Made by a program: the position numbers and the translations under genes
Notes under the pieces: model-generated
Told to the model about the DNA's origin: nothing
Seen by the model: only the letters and a program-made list of their open reading frames with translations
Database searches by the model: none
In this document: piece by piece, positions 1 to 9,572 of the stretch
Layout: every line of letters starts with the position of its first letter
How positions within the stretch are numbered: the stretch's first letter is position 1
DNA from: a virus
Taxonomy: Duplodnaviria; Caudoviricetes
Virus record (IMG/VR): IMGVR_UViG_3300011337_000502
Location: 1-42,148 of that record
Length of the DNA stretch: 42,148 nucleotides
Strand: one strand, 5' to 3'

Positions 1-17
1 AACCTTCTATTTATATA

Positions 18-125
18 CCTGGAGGCGATTTACTGTCCTCTCCTGGTAGTCGATGCACTCTGGTCCGCTATTTCGATCACTCGTGGAATCTCACCAGGCT
101 ATGTCGTAGCGATACAGTTCGACGT
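18..125 (+). ncRNA. Candidate structured non-coding RNA (GC-rich island upstream of primase)
   Basis: GC-rich stretch in an AT-rich genome, starting just after CTATTTATA (7-15). CCTGG 18-22 pairs with CCAGG 94-98, GATT 27-30 with AATC 87-90, TCGA 50-53 with TCGA 73-76. No family recognised. Confidence 0.4.
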
Positions 126-204
126 TAAAGAAGTAAATATACTAAATAAAATTCAAATAAAAAAATATATTTCACATTTATTTTATTAATTCAATAAATT
201 GTGT

Positions 205-212
205 TATATTTG
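205..212 (+). promoter_or_regulatory. Bacteroidota-type -7 promoter element (TAnnTTTG)
   Basis: TATATTTG ends 5 nt before the primase ATG (218) and matches the Bacteroidota housekeeping -7 consensus. No clean -33 TTTG element seen. Confidence 0.4.
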
Positions 213-217
213 ATAAT

Positions 218-1147
218 ATGAATAATGAAGGTTTGATACTTGGAGTTTTAGAATCTGTTCTTGGTAAAAGTAAACAGTTTCCAAAAACTAGTGATTACGG
301 ATTTTATTGTCCTATATGTAATCATAAGAACCCAAAACTTATTGTTAATTTAAAGACAGGTAAATATAATTGTTTTACATGCCATCCTTCAACTAAAGGT
401 CAAAATCCAGTTACGCTACTAAATAAAATAGGCGCGCCTAACGATAAAATAGTCGAACTTAAAGGTTATTTGGGGTATCTTAAAAAACAAGACGAAACCA
501 TAATTACAACAGTTAGTCTACCAAAAGAGTTCATTAGTTTACTAGACGATAACAATACCCTAGAAAAAAGACAAGCTTTAGCTTATGTCAAATCTAGAGG
601 CATTACTGAAAGCGATATTGTAAAATATAACATAGGATATTGTTCTAATGGAAGATACAGAAATAGAATTATCATACCTTCTTACAACAAAAGAGGCATA
701 GCTAACTATTTTATGGCAAGATCTTTCGAAAAGAATCCATCAAGAAAATTCGATGCTCCTACTTGTAACAAAGCTGAAATCATAGGACTAGAGAATACTA
801 TAAATTGGTCAGTCCCAGTAATACTTTGTGAAGGAATATTCGACGCAATAGCAATAAAAAGAAATGCTATACCACTTTTTGGCAAGACTATACCAAAAGC
901 AATTATGCTAAAACTAGCAGAGTCGCAAGTAAAAACAGTTTATCTCGCATTAGACAAAGACGCTCTTAAAGAAGCTCTTAACTATTCAGAAAAGCTAGTT
1001 AATATGGGAAAAGAAGTATACTTAATTGAATTAGATGGAAAAGATCCATCAGATCTAGGATTTGAAAAGATAACGGAATTATTACACAACGCAAGACCAA
1101 TGACATTCTCAGACTTCTTGCTAAAAAAGATGATGTTGACAGCATGA
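218..1147 (+). CDS. DNA primase (Zn finger + TOPRIM)
   Basis: N-terminal CPICNH...CFTC zinc finger; YRNRIIIP; TOPRIM motifs EGIFDA and ALDKDA; KDPSD. Confidence 0.9.
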   Translation: MNNEGLILGVLESVLGKSKQFPKTSDYGFYCPICNHKNPKLIVNLKTGKYNCFTCHPSTKGQNPVTLLNKIGAPNDKIVELKGYLGYLKKQDETIITTVSLPKEFISLLDDNNTLEKRQALAYVKSRGITESDIVKYNIGYCSNGRYRNRIIIPSYNKRGIANYFMARSFEKNPSRKFDAPTCNKAEIIGLENTINWSVPVILCEGIFDAIAIKRNAIPLFGKTIPKAIMLKLAESQVKTVYLALDKDALKEALNYSEKLVNMGKEVYLIELDGKDPSDLGFEKITELLHNARPMTFSDFLLKKMMLTA

Positions 1148-4100
1148 TTAAGAATGTATTAAATTTAAGTGAAATTAATAAGATATATCACATTAGCGAT
1201 ATTCATATTAGGAATTTTAAAAGACACAAAGAATATAGAAGAGTTTTTCATCAACTAAAAGATAGGATATTTTGGTCTGTAGATGATAAGTCTTTAATAG
1301 TATTAACTGGAGATATCGTACATTCTAAAACAGATGTTACTCCTGAGCTAGTATTCGAGGTACAAGAACTTCTAAGGTCTTTGGCAAATATAGCTCCAGT
1401 GTTACTTATTCCTGGAAATCATGACGCGAATTTAAATAACAATCATAGAATGGATGCTTTGACTCCGATTGTCAATGCGCTTAATCATAAGAATCTTTAC
1501 TACTCAGTAAATAGCGAAGTATTCAATATAGGAAATGTGACCTTCTGTCATTGGTCAGTGTTTGACGATAATTACATAAGTGCTTCAGACATAGATGCTG
1601 ATTATAAGATCTGTATGTATCATGGCGCTGTACAGAATGCGCTTACTGAAGTAGGATTCAAGTTAGAAGGAGGAAAGATAACAACTAAACACTTTGATGG
1701 TTTTGATATCACTCTTCTTGGAGACATTCATAAGTTACAATATCTTAATGAAGAAAAGACAATCGCGTATCCTGGATCTTTAATTCAACAGAATCACGGA
1801 GAGAGTTTAGATCATGGTATTCTAGTATGGAACTTAAAAGACAAATCTAGCGAATACGTTAGTATACCAAATGATACTGCATTCTATACGGTATATGTAG
1901 ATAATGGAAAACATGATCCAATTCCTGAAAGTCTACCTACTAATTTATATCTTAGAGTTCGACATACTAATACCGATCAAATTAGACTAAAAGAGATCAT
2001 TAGTGGAATTAAAAGTGAAAGAACTATAGTAGAGCAATCAATACAAAGAATAAATGGTCCACAAGAATTAAATAATCCAAGTCATAGATCAAGCAGAGTA
2101 GTAGATGTAAGAGATGAACATCAGCAAAACTCACTAATAGAGAAGTTTTTAAGTAAAAAGCACAAACTAACTGATGATCAAAAAGAAAACATAAGATCTA
2201 TAAATGCTTATATTAATCAACAGTTACCAAAAACTGAGAGTTCAAGGAATATAGTTTGGTTACCAAAGAAATTTGAATTCGAAAATATGTTTAGCTACGG
2301 TAAAGATAATGTTATAGACTTTACTGATATGGCTGGAACTTATGGTATATTCGCAGCAAATGCATCAGGCAAGTCTACTCTACTAGATGCTCTTAGTTAT
2401 TGTGTATTTGACAAGTGTTCTAAGACAAATAGATCTTCTCAAGTGCTAAATAGCTCTTCAAATACGTTTTATTGTAAGCTAGATTTTGAGTTAGATGGCA
2501 AAAACTATGTGATCGAAAGAGATGGACTAAGAGAAAAAAATGGTAACGTTAGAGTAAAAGTCAACTTTTATTATACCGATGATTTAGGAAATAAGATCTC
2601 CTTAAATGGTAAAGAAAGAAATGATACTAATGCAAGCATACGATCTGTATTAGGAAGCTATGAGGACTTCACTCTGACTGCCCTGAGCGCACAGGGAGCT
2701 AATTCTGGATTCATAGATATGAACCAAAAGGATAGAAAAGAGCTGCTCAGTCAGTTCCTGGACATTAATGTGTTCGAAACTATGTATGATTTTGCTAATA
2801 ATGAGATGAAAGATATCTCTGCAGTAATGAAACAATATCAAAAAGTAGACCATTCTACTGAAATAGCAAAAATAGATCAAGAAAAGTCAGAAATAAACCA
2901 AAAAATAAACGATTTAAAGATCCAAAAAGATAATTTAATTATCGACAAGGATAGCCTAAATAAAAGAATACTTGAGGAGCACATCATGCTTCAATCAGTA
3001 AGCTCTAAAGCGATAAATGAACAGCAAGTAAGATCAGAAGTGTTGTCTCTAGAAGAAGATCTAAAGAAACAAGTTACTGAAGAAGCTATTATAGCAATAG
3101 AACATACTACTATAAAAGAAGATTTAGCAAATTACAGTAAAGCAAAAGATAGAGTACAAATAGATGAGCTAAATAAGAGATTACAATCACTAAAAGAACT
3201 AAATAAAGATAAAAATACTGCAAACGTAGAACTAAATAAACTTAATATTCATATATCGCATCAAAAAGATAAATTAGATAAGTTAAATGAATTAGAATAT
3301 GATGATAACTGTTCTTATTGTATGAACAATGTATTTGTAAAAGACGCTATTTCTACAAAACAGAGTCACGAAGATCTTATAAAGCAAAAAAATACAATAG
3401 AAACCGATATCGAGATTCTAGAGCAACAAATTAAAAAGCTTGGTAACGTAGAAGAATCTAAGAGAGAGTATGAAGCGCTGCTACAAATCATTAATGATAG
3501 AGAAAAGAAGTCACTAAAGTTACAATCAGATCTTCAGAAGACACAAATAGAGCAAACAAACATAAAACAAAAGATAAAAGACAAAGAATCTGAATTAGAT
3601 ACTTACAGAAAAGAAAAAAAGAAGATAGAGCAGAATGCGCAAGTGCAGACTAGAATCGATTCATATGAACTAGAATATAAAACAGTAGAAAATAACCTTA
3701 AAAGAATAAGCGATGATCTTACAGAAGCTCTAATAAAAGTAAACTCTCTTAGTTCAAAAAGAGATAAATACACTAACGATCTTACAGAGTTGGTAAAGCT
3801 TCAATCTAAGTATGATATTTACAAGTATTATAGCGAAGCAGTTCACAGAGATGGTGTTCCTCATGAATTAATATCAGATACCATACCTCAATTACAAGAA
3901 GAGATTAACGCCATACTTCAACAGTTAGTAGACTTTCAAGTAGTACTTTATCCAGACGATAAAAACATAAATGCATATATCGCCTATGATAATGAGAGGT
4001 ATTGGCCTATAGAATTAACATCAGGAATGGAGAAATTTGTATCAAGTCTAGCAATAAGATCGTCTCTTATCAACATATCTTCGCTTCCTAGACCTAACTT

Positions 4101-4296
4101 TATAGCAATAGATGAAGGATTTGGAGCATTAGACACAAATAACTTAGGAAGTATCGTATCTTACTTTGATCATCTAAAGAATCAATTCAAATTCATCATG
4201 ATCATATCTCACATAGATTCAATGAGGGACGCAGTAGATCATCAAATAGAAATAAATAAGATAGATGGAAGATCTAACATACAACACACAAACTAG
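1144..4296 (+). CDS. Fused Mre11/SbcD nuclease - Rad50/SbcC ATPase (T4 gp47-gp46-like)
   Basis: Metallophosphoesterase motifs SDIH, GDIVH, GNHD, HG, GDIH. These are followed by Walker A NASGKST, a long coiled coil with CSYC zinc hook, ABC signature TSGME, Walker B IAIDEGFG and ISH. Confidence 0.9.
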   Translation: MIKNVLNLSEINKIYHISDIHIRNFKRHKEYRRVFHQLKDRIFWSVDDKSLIVLTGDIVHSKTDVTPELVFEVQELLRSLANIAPVLLIPGNHDANLNNNHRMDALTPIVNALNHKNLYYSVNSEVFNIGNVTFCHWSVFDDNYISASDIDADYKICMYHGAVQNALTEVGFKLEGGKITTKHFDGFDITLLGDIHKLQYLNEEKTIAYPGSLIQQNHGESLDHGILVWNLKDKSSEYVSIPNDTAFYTVYVDNGKHDPIPESLPTNLYLRVRHTNTDQIRLKEIISGIKSERTIVEQSIQRINGPQELNNPSHRSSRVVDVRDEHQQNSLIEKFLSKKHKLTDDQKENIRSINAYINQQLPKTESSRNIVWLPKKFEFENMFSYGKDNVIDFTDMAGTYGIFAANASGKSTLLDALSYCVFDKCSKTNRSSQVLNSSSNTFYCKLDFELDGKNYVIERDGLREKNGNVRVKVNFYYTDDLGNKISLNGKERNDTNASIRSVLGSYEDFTLTALSAQGANSGFIDMNQKDRKELLSQFLDINVFETMYDFANNEMKDISAVMKQYQKVDHSTEIAKIDQEKSEINQKINDLKIQKDNLIIDKDSLNKRILEEHIMLQSVSSKAINEQQVRSEVLSLEEDLKKQVTEEAIIAIEHTTIKEDLANYSKAKDRVQIDELNKRLQSLKELNKDKNTANVELNKLNIHISHQKDKLDKLNELEYDDNCSYCMNNVFVKDAISTKQSHEDLIKQKNTIETDIEILEQQIKKLGNVEESKREYEALLQIINDREKKSLKLQSDLQKTQIEQTNIKQKIKDKESELDTYRKEKKKIEQNAQVQTRIDSYELEYKTVENNLKRISDDLTEALIKVNSLSSKRDKYTNDLTELVKLQSKYDIYKYYSEAVHRDGVPHELISDTIPQLQEEINAILQQLVDFQVVLYPDDKNINAYIAYDNERYWPIELTSGMEKFVSSLAIRSSLINISSLPRPNFIAIDEGFGALDTNNLGSIVSYFDHLKNQFKFIMIISHIDSMRDAVDHQIEINKIDGRSNIQHTN

Positions 4297-4350
4297 ATAT
4301 TTATATGTAATAGTGGATAAACACGCATAAAATATAAAAACGATATTTAT
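4297..4350 (+). promoter_or_regulatory. Two copies of putative late promoter ATATTTAT
   Basis: ATATTTAT at 4297-4304 and 4343-4350, at the boundary between replication and late genes. Confidence 0.55.
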
Positions 4351-4354
4351 TATC

Positions 4355-4582
4355 ATGGCAAAAAATTCTAGCTTATTAGCAAAATCAAAATCCGATAAGA
4401 GTGTATTTTCAGGACAAGTTATTCCAGATACATACCAAAGTTTAAATGGACTTACAAATCAAAAAGCTTACGCTTCAACTGATAGAGATGCTTTAGTTGG
4501 AGGAATACCACCAACACCTCCACCTACAACTACAACTACTACCACAACTAGTACGACTACAACTACTACTACATTACCATAG
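4355..4582 (+). CDS. Small hypothetical protein with Pro/poly-Thr tail
   Basis: 75-aa ORF downstream of the promoter motif, ending PPTPPPTTTTTTTTSTTTTTTTLP with mixed ACN codons. Confidence 0.65.
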   Translation: MAKNSSLLAKSKSDKSVFSGQVIPDTYQSLNGLTNQKAYASTDRDALVGGIPPTPPPTTTTTTTTSTTTTTTTLP

Positions 4583-4602
4583 ACTAGAATAACAAATAAC
4601 AA

Positions 4603-7083
4603 ATGATAAAAAATATCATAGCGATATATCCAGGTCGTTTTCAACCGATGGGCCGCCATCACTATGATGCTTTTAAATGGCTAGAAAATAAATTCGGAGC
4701 CGATAAAACGTACATAGCAACCTCAGATAAGGTAGATCTTCCAAAAAGTCCACTTAATTTTAATGAAAAAAGAGCGGTAGCAAATAAGTATGGAATAACT
4801 AATCAACTAGTTCAAGTAAAAAATCCTTACAAAGCAGAAGAAATAACTTCAAAATATGATCCAAAAAAGACTGCGGTGGTATTTATGGTTGGTGAAAAGG
4901 ATATGCAAGAGGATGCGAGATTCAAGATCGGTAAAAAGAAAGATGGAGGAGATACATACTTCCAAAAGTACGAACCGAATAAAGAATTAAAGCCATACAC
5001 AGAACATGGATATTTAGTAGTAGCACCTCACGTTTCTTACGATATAGAAGGAATAGGCGAAATGAGTGGAACAAATATAAGAAAAGCGCTTTCAGATCCA
5101 AAATCCACACCGAAACAATTCAAAGATATTTTTGGTTGGTATGATTCTGAAATAGAGTCAATGCTTAAAAAAAAATTCTCTATCTCTATGAAAGAGGTGA
5201 AACCTATATTCGAGATAATAGAAGAGAAGGCGGTCCTTTCTACTCTGATTCGTACTTTATTGGTTGAGGGCGGAAATGTATTTGATGGCACTCAAAGAAT
5301 AAAATTAGCGGATATAAACAAAACTATAGATTGGCTAGAAGACAAGTCAGGTCTTTCTCTTAAAGATAACATGCTTGGAACTACAGGTAAAAAAGCAGAC
5401 AGTGGAGACTTAGATCTTGGAGTAAACAAAAACAAAATAGATCAGAACGCTCTCATAAGCAAGCTAACTTCAAACGGAATAGACAAAGCAGACATTAAAA
5501 AGTCAGGAACTAACGTACATGTAAAGACTCCAATAGCAGGAGATCCTAAAAACGGATTTGTACAATCAGACTTTATGTTTAATGATGACGTTGACTTTAT
5601 GAAGTTCTCTATGCAAGGAGGAGCCAAAGATAGTCCTTATAAAGGAGTTCACAAACACTTAGTATTAGCAAGTATAGCGAAAGCTCAAGGCATGAAGTGG
5701 TCTTATCTTAACGGTCTAGTAGATAGAGCTAGTAATAAAGTAATAAGTAAGAATCCTAGCGAAATAGCAATTAAGTTACTAGGTCAAGGAGCAAAACCTG
5801 AAGATTTAGTGAGCGTAGAAGCTATCGTTAACTTCATCAAGAATAAGTCGCAATATGAAGAGTGGGTAGCTCAAGCAAGACAGGACTTAGCAAAAGATAA
5901 TCTTGAGCTTCCTAAAAAAGAAGATCTTAAAGAATCAATAAAGAAATTACAAAAATTAGTTATGTTACTAGAAGCTGCATCTGCCAGAATCCAACACCCA
6001 GAAGATTTAATATATTGGGATGGATCTAAAGGAGCAGAAAGAGCTTTACAAGTGATGGACAGAGCAGCAAAAGATCCATCAACCACATCTGTAAAATGGG
6101 ACGGATCACCAGCTGTAGTGTTTGGAGTAGACGAAAATGGTAACTTTATATTAACAGATAAGAGTGGATTTACAGCAAAAGGATATGATGGAAAAGCTAA
6201 GAGTGCTAAAGAAATAGAGACAATGTTTAAGAATAGGGCGATAAAGTCTGCTGAAAAAAGCGGAACTAAACCTAACTTTACTTTTGCAAAAAGCATGGCA
6301 AATGCTTATGAAGTATTTAAAAAGTCTTGGCCAAAAGGACTCACTGGTTATTTTAAAGGAGACTTATTATATCAAAGCAAGCCAGAAGTTATCGATGGAG
6401 AATATGTATTTAAACCAAACATAACTACGTATAAGATCCCAGTAAATAGTGAGTTAGGAAAGCAAATAACTAAAAGCGACGTGGGAGTTATACCTCACAT
6501 TTATCAATCTTTAGATGGAAAAGAGTCCGGAGTAAAAGATGCAAAGCAATATAAGTTTAATCCATCAGGAGGACTCATGGTATTCTCACCAGTGTTTCCA
6601 AAAAACGGAGCTAAGATAGACAGTAAGTTAATGAGCGCAGCTAAATCAGCTGTTTCTAGCACTAAATCTGCAGACAAATTGCTTGATAAAAGTAAGCTTA
6701 GTCAAGAAAAAATGACTGATTACGCTGACATGCTTTACAAGTTTACTAACTCAAAAGCAGCTAGCATGAATACGTTAAGCGCTAAAGAGTTCATTAAATT
6801 CTTAGAGAATGAAAAGACTATTAGCGATAGTAAAAAAGCTAAGATGATAGAGTATTCTCAACAGAATCAATCAGATCTAGAGAAAATATTTAATGCTGTA
6901 AAAGCGGTAAACAACTTAAAAAATTCTATAATAGCTCAATTAGATTCTCAAGATTTAGGAGTAAAAGCTTCTATAGGAGATGAATTAGGAGGCGAAGGAT
7001 ATGTAATATCAGATCCATCAGGACCAATTAAATTGGTTAATCGTGGAGGATTCACTGCTGCAAATAGAGCGGTTCAAAGATAA
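4603..7083 (+). CDS. Three-domain protein: cytidylyltransferase-like + pol-beta-type nucleotidyltransferase-like + ATP-dependent ligase-like (DUF6267-like)
   Basis: Domain 1: YPGRFQPMGRHH and MSGTNIR. Domain 2: LGTTGKKADSGDLDL and VQSDFM. Domain 3: HPEDL, VKWDGSP, GDLLY, GEGYV, KLVNR. Confidence 0.7.
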   Translation: MIKNIIAIYPGRFQPMGRHHYDAFKWLENKFGADKTYIATSDKVDLPKSPLNFNEKRAVANKYGITNQLVQVKNPYKAEEITSKYDPKKTAVVFMVGEKDMQEDARFKIGKKKDGGDTYFQKYEPNKELKPYTEHGYLVVAPHVSYDIEGIGEMSGTNIRKALSDPKSTPKQFKDIFGWYDSEIESMLKKKFSISMKEVKPIFEIIEEKAVLSTLIRTLLVEGGNVFDGTQRIKLADINKTIDWLEDKSGLSLKDNMLGTTGKKADSGDLDLGVNKNKIDQNALISKLTSNGIDKADIKKSGTNVHVKTPIAGDPKNGFVQSDFMFNDDVDFMKFSMQGGAKDSPYKGVHKHLVLASIAKAQGMKWSYLNGLVDRASNKVISKNPSEIAIKLLGQGAKPEDLVSVEAIVNFIKNKSQYEEWVAQARQDLAKDNLELPKKEDLKESIKKLQKLVMLLEAASARIQHPEDLIYWDGSKGAERALQVMDRAAKDPSTTSVKWDGSPAVVFGVDENGNFILTDKSGFTAKGYDGKAKSAKEIETMFKNRAIKSAEKSGTKPNFTFAKSMANAYEVFKKSWPKGLTGYFKGDLLYQSKPEVIDGEYVFKPNITTYKIPVNSELGKQITKSDVGVIPHIYQSLDGKESGVKDAKQYKFNPSGGLMVFSPVFPKNGAKIDSKLMSAAKSAVSSTKSADKLLDKSKLSQEKMTDYADMLYKFTNSKAASMNTLSAKEFIKFLENEKTISDSKKAKMIEYSQQNQSDLEKIFNAVKAVNNLKNSIIAQLDSQDLGVKASIGDELGGEGYVISDPSGPIKLVNRGGFTAANRAVQR

Positions 7084-7087
7084 AATT

Positions 7088-7573
7088 ATGGAAGATCAAG
7101 AAAAATTAGCGATAGCTACAAATTTTATAAGATTTGCTAGTGATTCTTTAGGACTTGAAGAGTTACCAAAAGTATTTTTCATAAATGATAATAAGTGGAG
7201 TAGGCAAATGAGATCATTTGGACAATACAATCCACAGACAGCTGAGATTCTTGTTTATATAAAGAATAGAAATATGGCAGATATTCTAAGAACTCTTTGC
7301 CATGAAATGGTGCATCACAAACAAAATGAAGAAGGCAGATTGAAAGTAGATTCTGGTAAAACTGGGTCTGAAATAGAAAACGAAGCAAACGCAAAAGCAG
7401 GAGTACTACTTAGAGAGTATGGACAACACAACGAAGTAATATACGAAAGTTTTAACAAAGAGTTTGATCATTATTTCGGAGTTAGTCCAAAGGAATATAT
7501 AACTGAAAATGGAAAAAAGTCTTTTACAGAAGCAGTATCGAAAGCTAAATTAGCATATATAGAATTAAAATAA
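7088..7573 (+). CDS. HExxH zinc metallopeptidase-like protein
   Basis: RTLCHEMVHHKQ plus downstream ENEANAKAG. The ATG at 7088 is preferred over the overlapping 7043 start. Confidence 0.7.
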   Translation: MEDQEKLAIATNFIRFASDSLGLEELPKVFFINDNKWSRQMRSFGQYNPQTAEILVYIKNRNMADILRTLCHEMVHHKQNEEGRLKVDSGKTGSEIENEANAKAGVLLREYGQHNEVIYESFNKEFDHYFGVSPKEYITENGKKSFTEAVSKAKLAYIELK

Positions 7574-7579
7574 TACGTT

Positions 7580-8149
7580 ATGAATCAAGGTCAGCTAAAG
7601 AAAGAATTTAAAAAGAAAGACGTGACTAGGATGAGAAACCTAATCACAGGCAAGTCAGGAGAAAAGACTCAAGTACTTACAGGATACGAAAAAAAGATTG
7701 AATCTCATAAAGAGGGAGACGTTTGGGAAGAGTTCGGGCGTAACTGGACAATAAAAAACGGTATAAAACAAAACATAACCAAAACAGATAAGCTTAAAAG
7801 GCTTGCTGTGTTTCCTATAGCATGTCCTAAGTGTAGCAAAGCAATGAAGCCCACTAATATTAATAAACAGATGTATGCTGTTCAGGGAATGTGTTATGAT
7901 TGCGTTATAGAGAATGAACATCAGATTAGGATTCAAGGAAAGTGGACTGATTATAGAAGCGAACAGCTTACAGCAAATAAGAATTCTAGCTTAAAAGACT
8001 TCGAAGAAGCAGTAGAATCGTGGTATAATGAGAAAGATCAATTCTTTACAGAAGCAGGTCAACAAGAGAATTGGACATCAGGAGATAAGAAAAAAGCTTA
8101 TTTGGAGATTAAAGAGAAGATCGAAGAGATGAGAAACATAAAATTGTAA
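7580..8149 (+). CDS. Hypothetical protein with CxxC...CxxC zinc-binding motif
   Basis: CPKCSK...MCYDC in a 189-aa ORF packed within the operon. Confidence 0.75.
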   Translation: MNQGQLKKEFKKKDVTRMRNLITGKSGEKTQVLTGYEKKIESHKEGDVWEEFGRNWTIKNGIKQNITKTDKLKRLAVFPIACPKCSKAMKPTNINKQMYAVQGMCYDCVIENEHQIRIQGKWTDYRSEQLTANKNSSLKDFEEAVESWYNEKDQFFTEAGQQENWTSGDKKKAYLEIKEKIEEMRNIKL

Positions 8150-8157
8150 ATATTTAT
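8150..8157 (+). promoter_or_regulatory. Putative late promoter ATATTTAT
   Basis: Motif lies directly after the upstream stop and 15 nt before ATG 8173. Confidence 0.55.
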
Positions 8158-8172
8158 AAAAAATTAGGACAA

Positions 8173-8886
8173 ATGCCATTTGTATCACAACAACAAAGAA
8201 AATATATGTACTCTCAAGAACCTGAATTAGCTAAAAAATTCGAAAAAGATACACCGAAAGGAAAAAAACTACCAAAAAAAGTAAAAGAAGGCGCAGATGT
8301 TGGAAAAGGATTCGACAATCAAGTTGGAGATATGTATGCTGTTAAAAGGCAATATGATGGCTGTGCATCAAATAAATGAGTTCACAAAGTTGATCCTTTA
8401 ATGGGAATTAACGGTGCAGGAATTGATCCTACTCAAGTATATGGAGCTTATTTAGATGAAAAAGCTGCTATTGTAATGGCAGAAAAGCTTTATAAAGAGT
8501 TCACAGACGCTGCGATAATGCTTGAAAAGAAAAAAGAAATGGTAGTTGGTAGAATAAAAACAGCTATCGATGAACTAGAAGCAAAAAGAAGCGAGAGCGT
8601 GAATATAATAAAAGAGAATCCTAAAGAATCAGGAGCTCACAAAGAAACTATCGCTCAACTAGCTACTAAGATAGACGATCTTATGAATAAACTAGAGAAA
8701 ATAGAAAACTCTAAGAAAGAAATTGAGAAAGACGAAGAAAAAAAAGATCTTAAAGAAGGATTAACTAAACAATCTAAACTTTCTTCTGCTGAATATCAAA
8801 AAGAAAAAAAGAAAAAAAATTTTAAAGCATCTGACTGGAAATGGAATAAAGAAGAGGATTTATACATAAAAACACCAAAAAAATAA
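8173..8886 (+). CDS. Hypothetical modular protein interrupted by an in-frame TGA (8377-8379)
   Basis: ORFs 8173-8379 and 8401-8886 share a frame, joined by TGA plus 7 sense codons (VHKVDPL). It may be one gene with a nonsense change, readthrough or sequencing error, or two genes. Confidence 0.55.
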
Positions 8887-8888
8887 TA

Positions 8889-9251
8889 ATGGAACCTTAC
8901 GGCTTATTTATTGGAACGCTAATGCAGAGTCGCAATCAGGCTCACATATATCACTTACAGACAAATTCATTTGCAGCTCATTTGGCTTTGCAAGCTTACT
9001 ACGAAGGCATCGTTGATCTGATAGACGGACTAGTTGAATCCTATCAAGGAAGATATGGAATCTTACGTGGATATACGATGGAGAATCAGATAAAAGAAGA
9101 TGATAACGCTCTTATGTACTTTGAAGGACTTTCTAAGTTTGTAGAAATCATAAGGACCAAAGTTCCACAAGACTCATATATTCAGAACGAGATTGACAAT
9201 GTAGTTAACCTTGTTGAATCTACTAAGTACAAACTTAAATTCTTGCACTAA
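8889..9251 (+). CDS. Ferritin/Dps-like four-helix protein (DUF5856-like)
   Basis: AHIYHLQT..FAAHLAL..YYE....LIDGLVESYQG resembles the Dps-type H...H...D...E metal-ligand pattern. Confidence 0.7.
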   Translation: MEPYGLFIGTLMQSRNQAHIYHLQTNSFAAHLALQAYYEGIVDLIDGLVESYQGRYGILRGYTMENQIKEDDNALMYFEGLSKFVEIIRTKVPQDSYIQNEIDNVVNLVESTKYKLKFLH

Positions 9252-9571
9252 TGCATAATCTTCACGAAGGAGAATTCTGTCCTCAGTGTTTAAAAGAGTA
9301 TATCTTAGAACACGTAAACGTTTTACAAGAGGCCGAGTATAAGGGACGTAAAGTTCAGCTTGGAAAGCCTATGGCTGGTGATGTTAAGAAGTTTAAAGTC
9401 TATGTTAAGAACAATAAAGGAAATGTAGTTAAAGTAAACTTTGGACAAAAAGGAGTAAAGATAAAAAAGAATAATCCTAAAAGAAGAAAGAGTTTCAGAG
9501 CAAGACACGGATGCGATACTAATCCAGGACCTCGTTGGAAAGCAAGGTATTGGTCATGTAGAAAATGGTAA
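9251..9571 (+). CDS. Basic hypothetical protein (KKFKVYV...FG...FRARHxC...ARYWSC family)
   Basis: Recurring phage/virus hypothetical domain, preceded by a short leader ending LQE. Confidence 0.7.
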   Translation: MHNLHEGEFCPQCLKEYILEHVNVLQEAEYKGRKVQLGKPMAGDVKKFKVYVKNNKGNVVKVNFGQKGVKIKKNNPKRRKSFRARHGCDTNPGPRWKARYWSCRKW

Positions 9572-9572
9572 T

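Noticed and set aside
21-96. tRNA-like look (TTCGATC, ends in CACCA)
   Set aside because: No acceptor stem, anticodon arm or properly placed T-arm could be built. Kept only as a generic structured-RNA candidate.
8377-8430. Selenocysteine at the in-frame TGA
   Set aside because: No convincing SECIS-like hairpin directly downstream and no redox-motif context.
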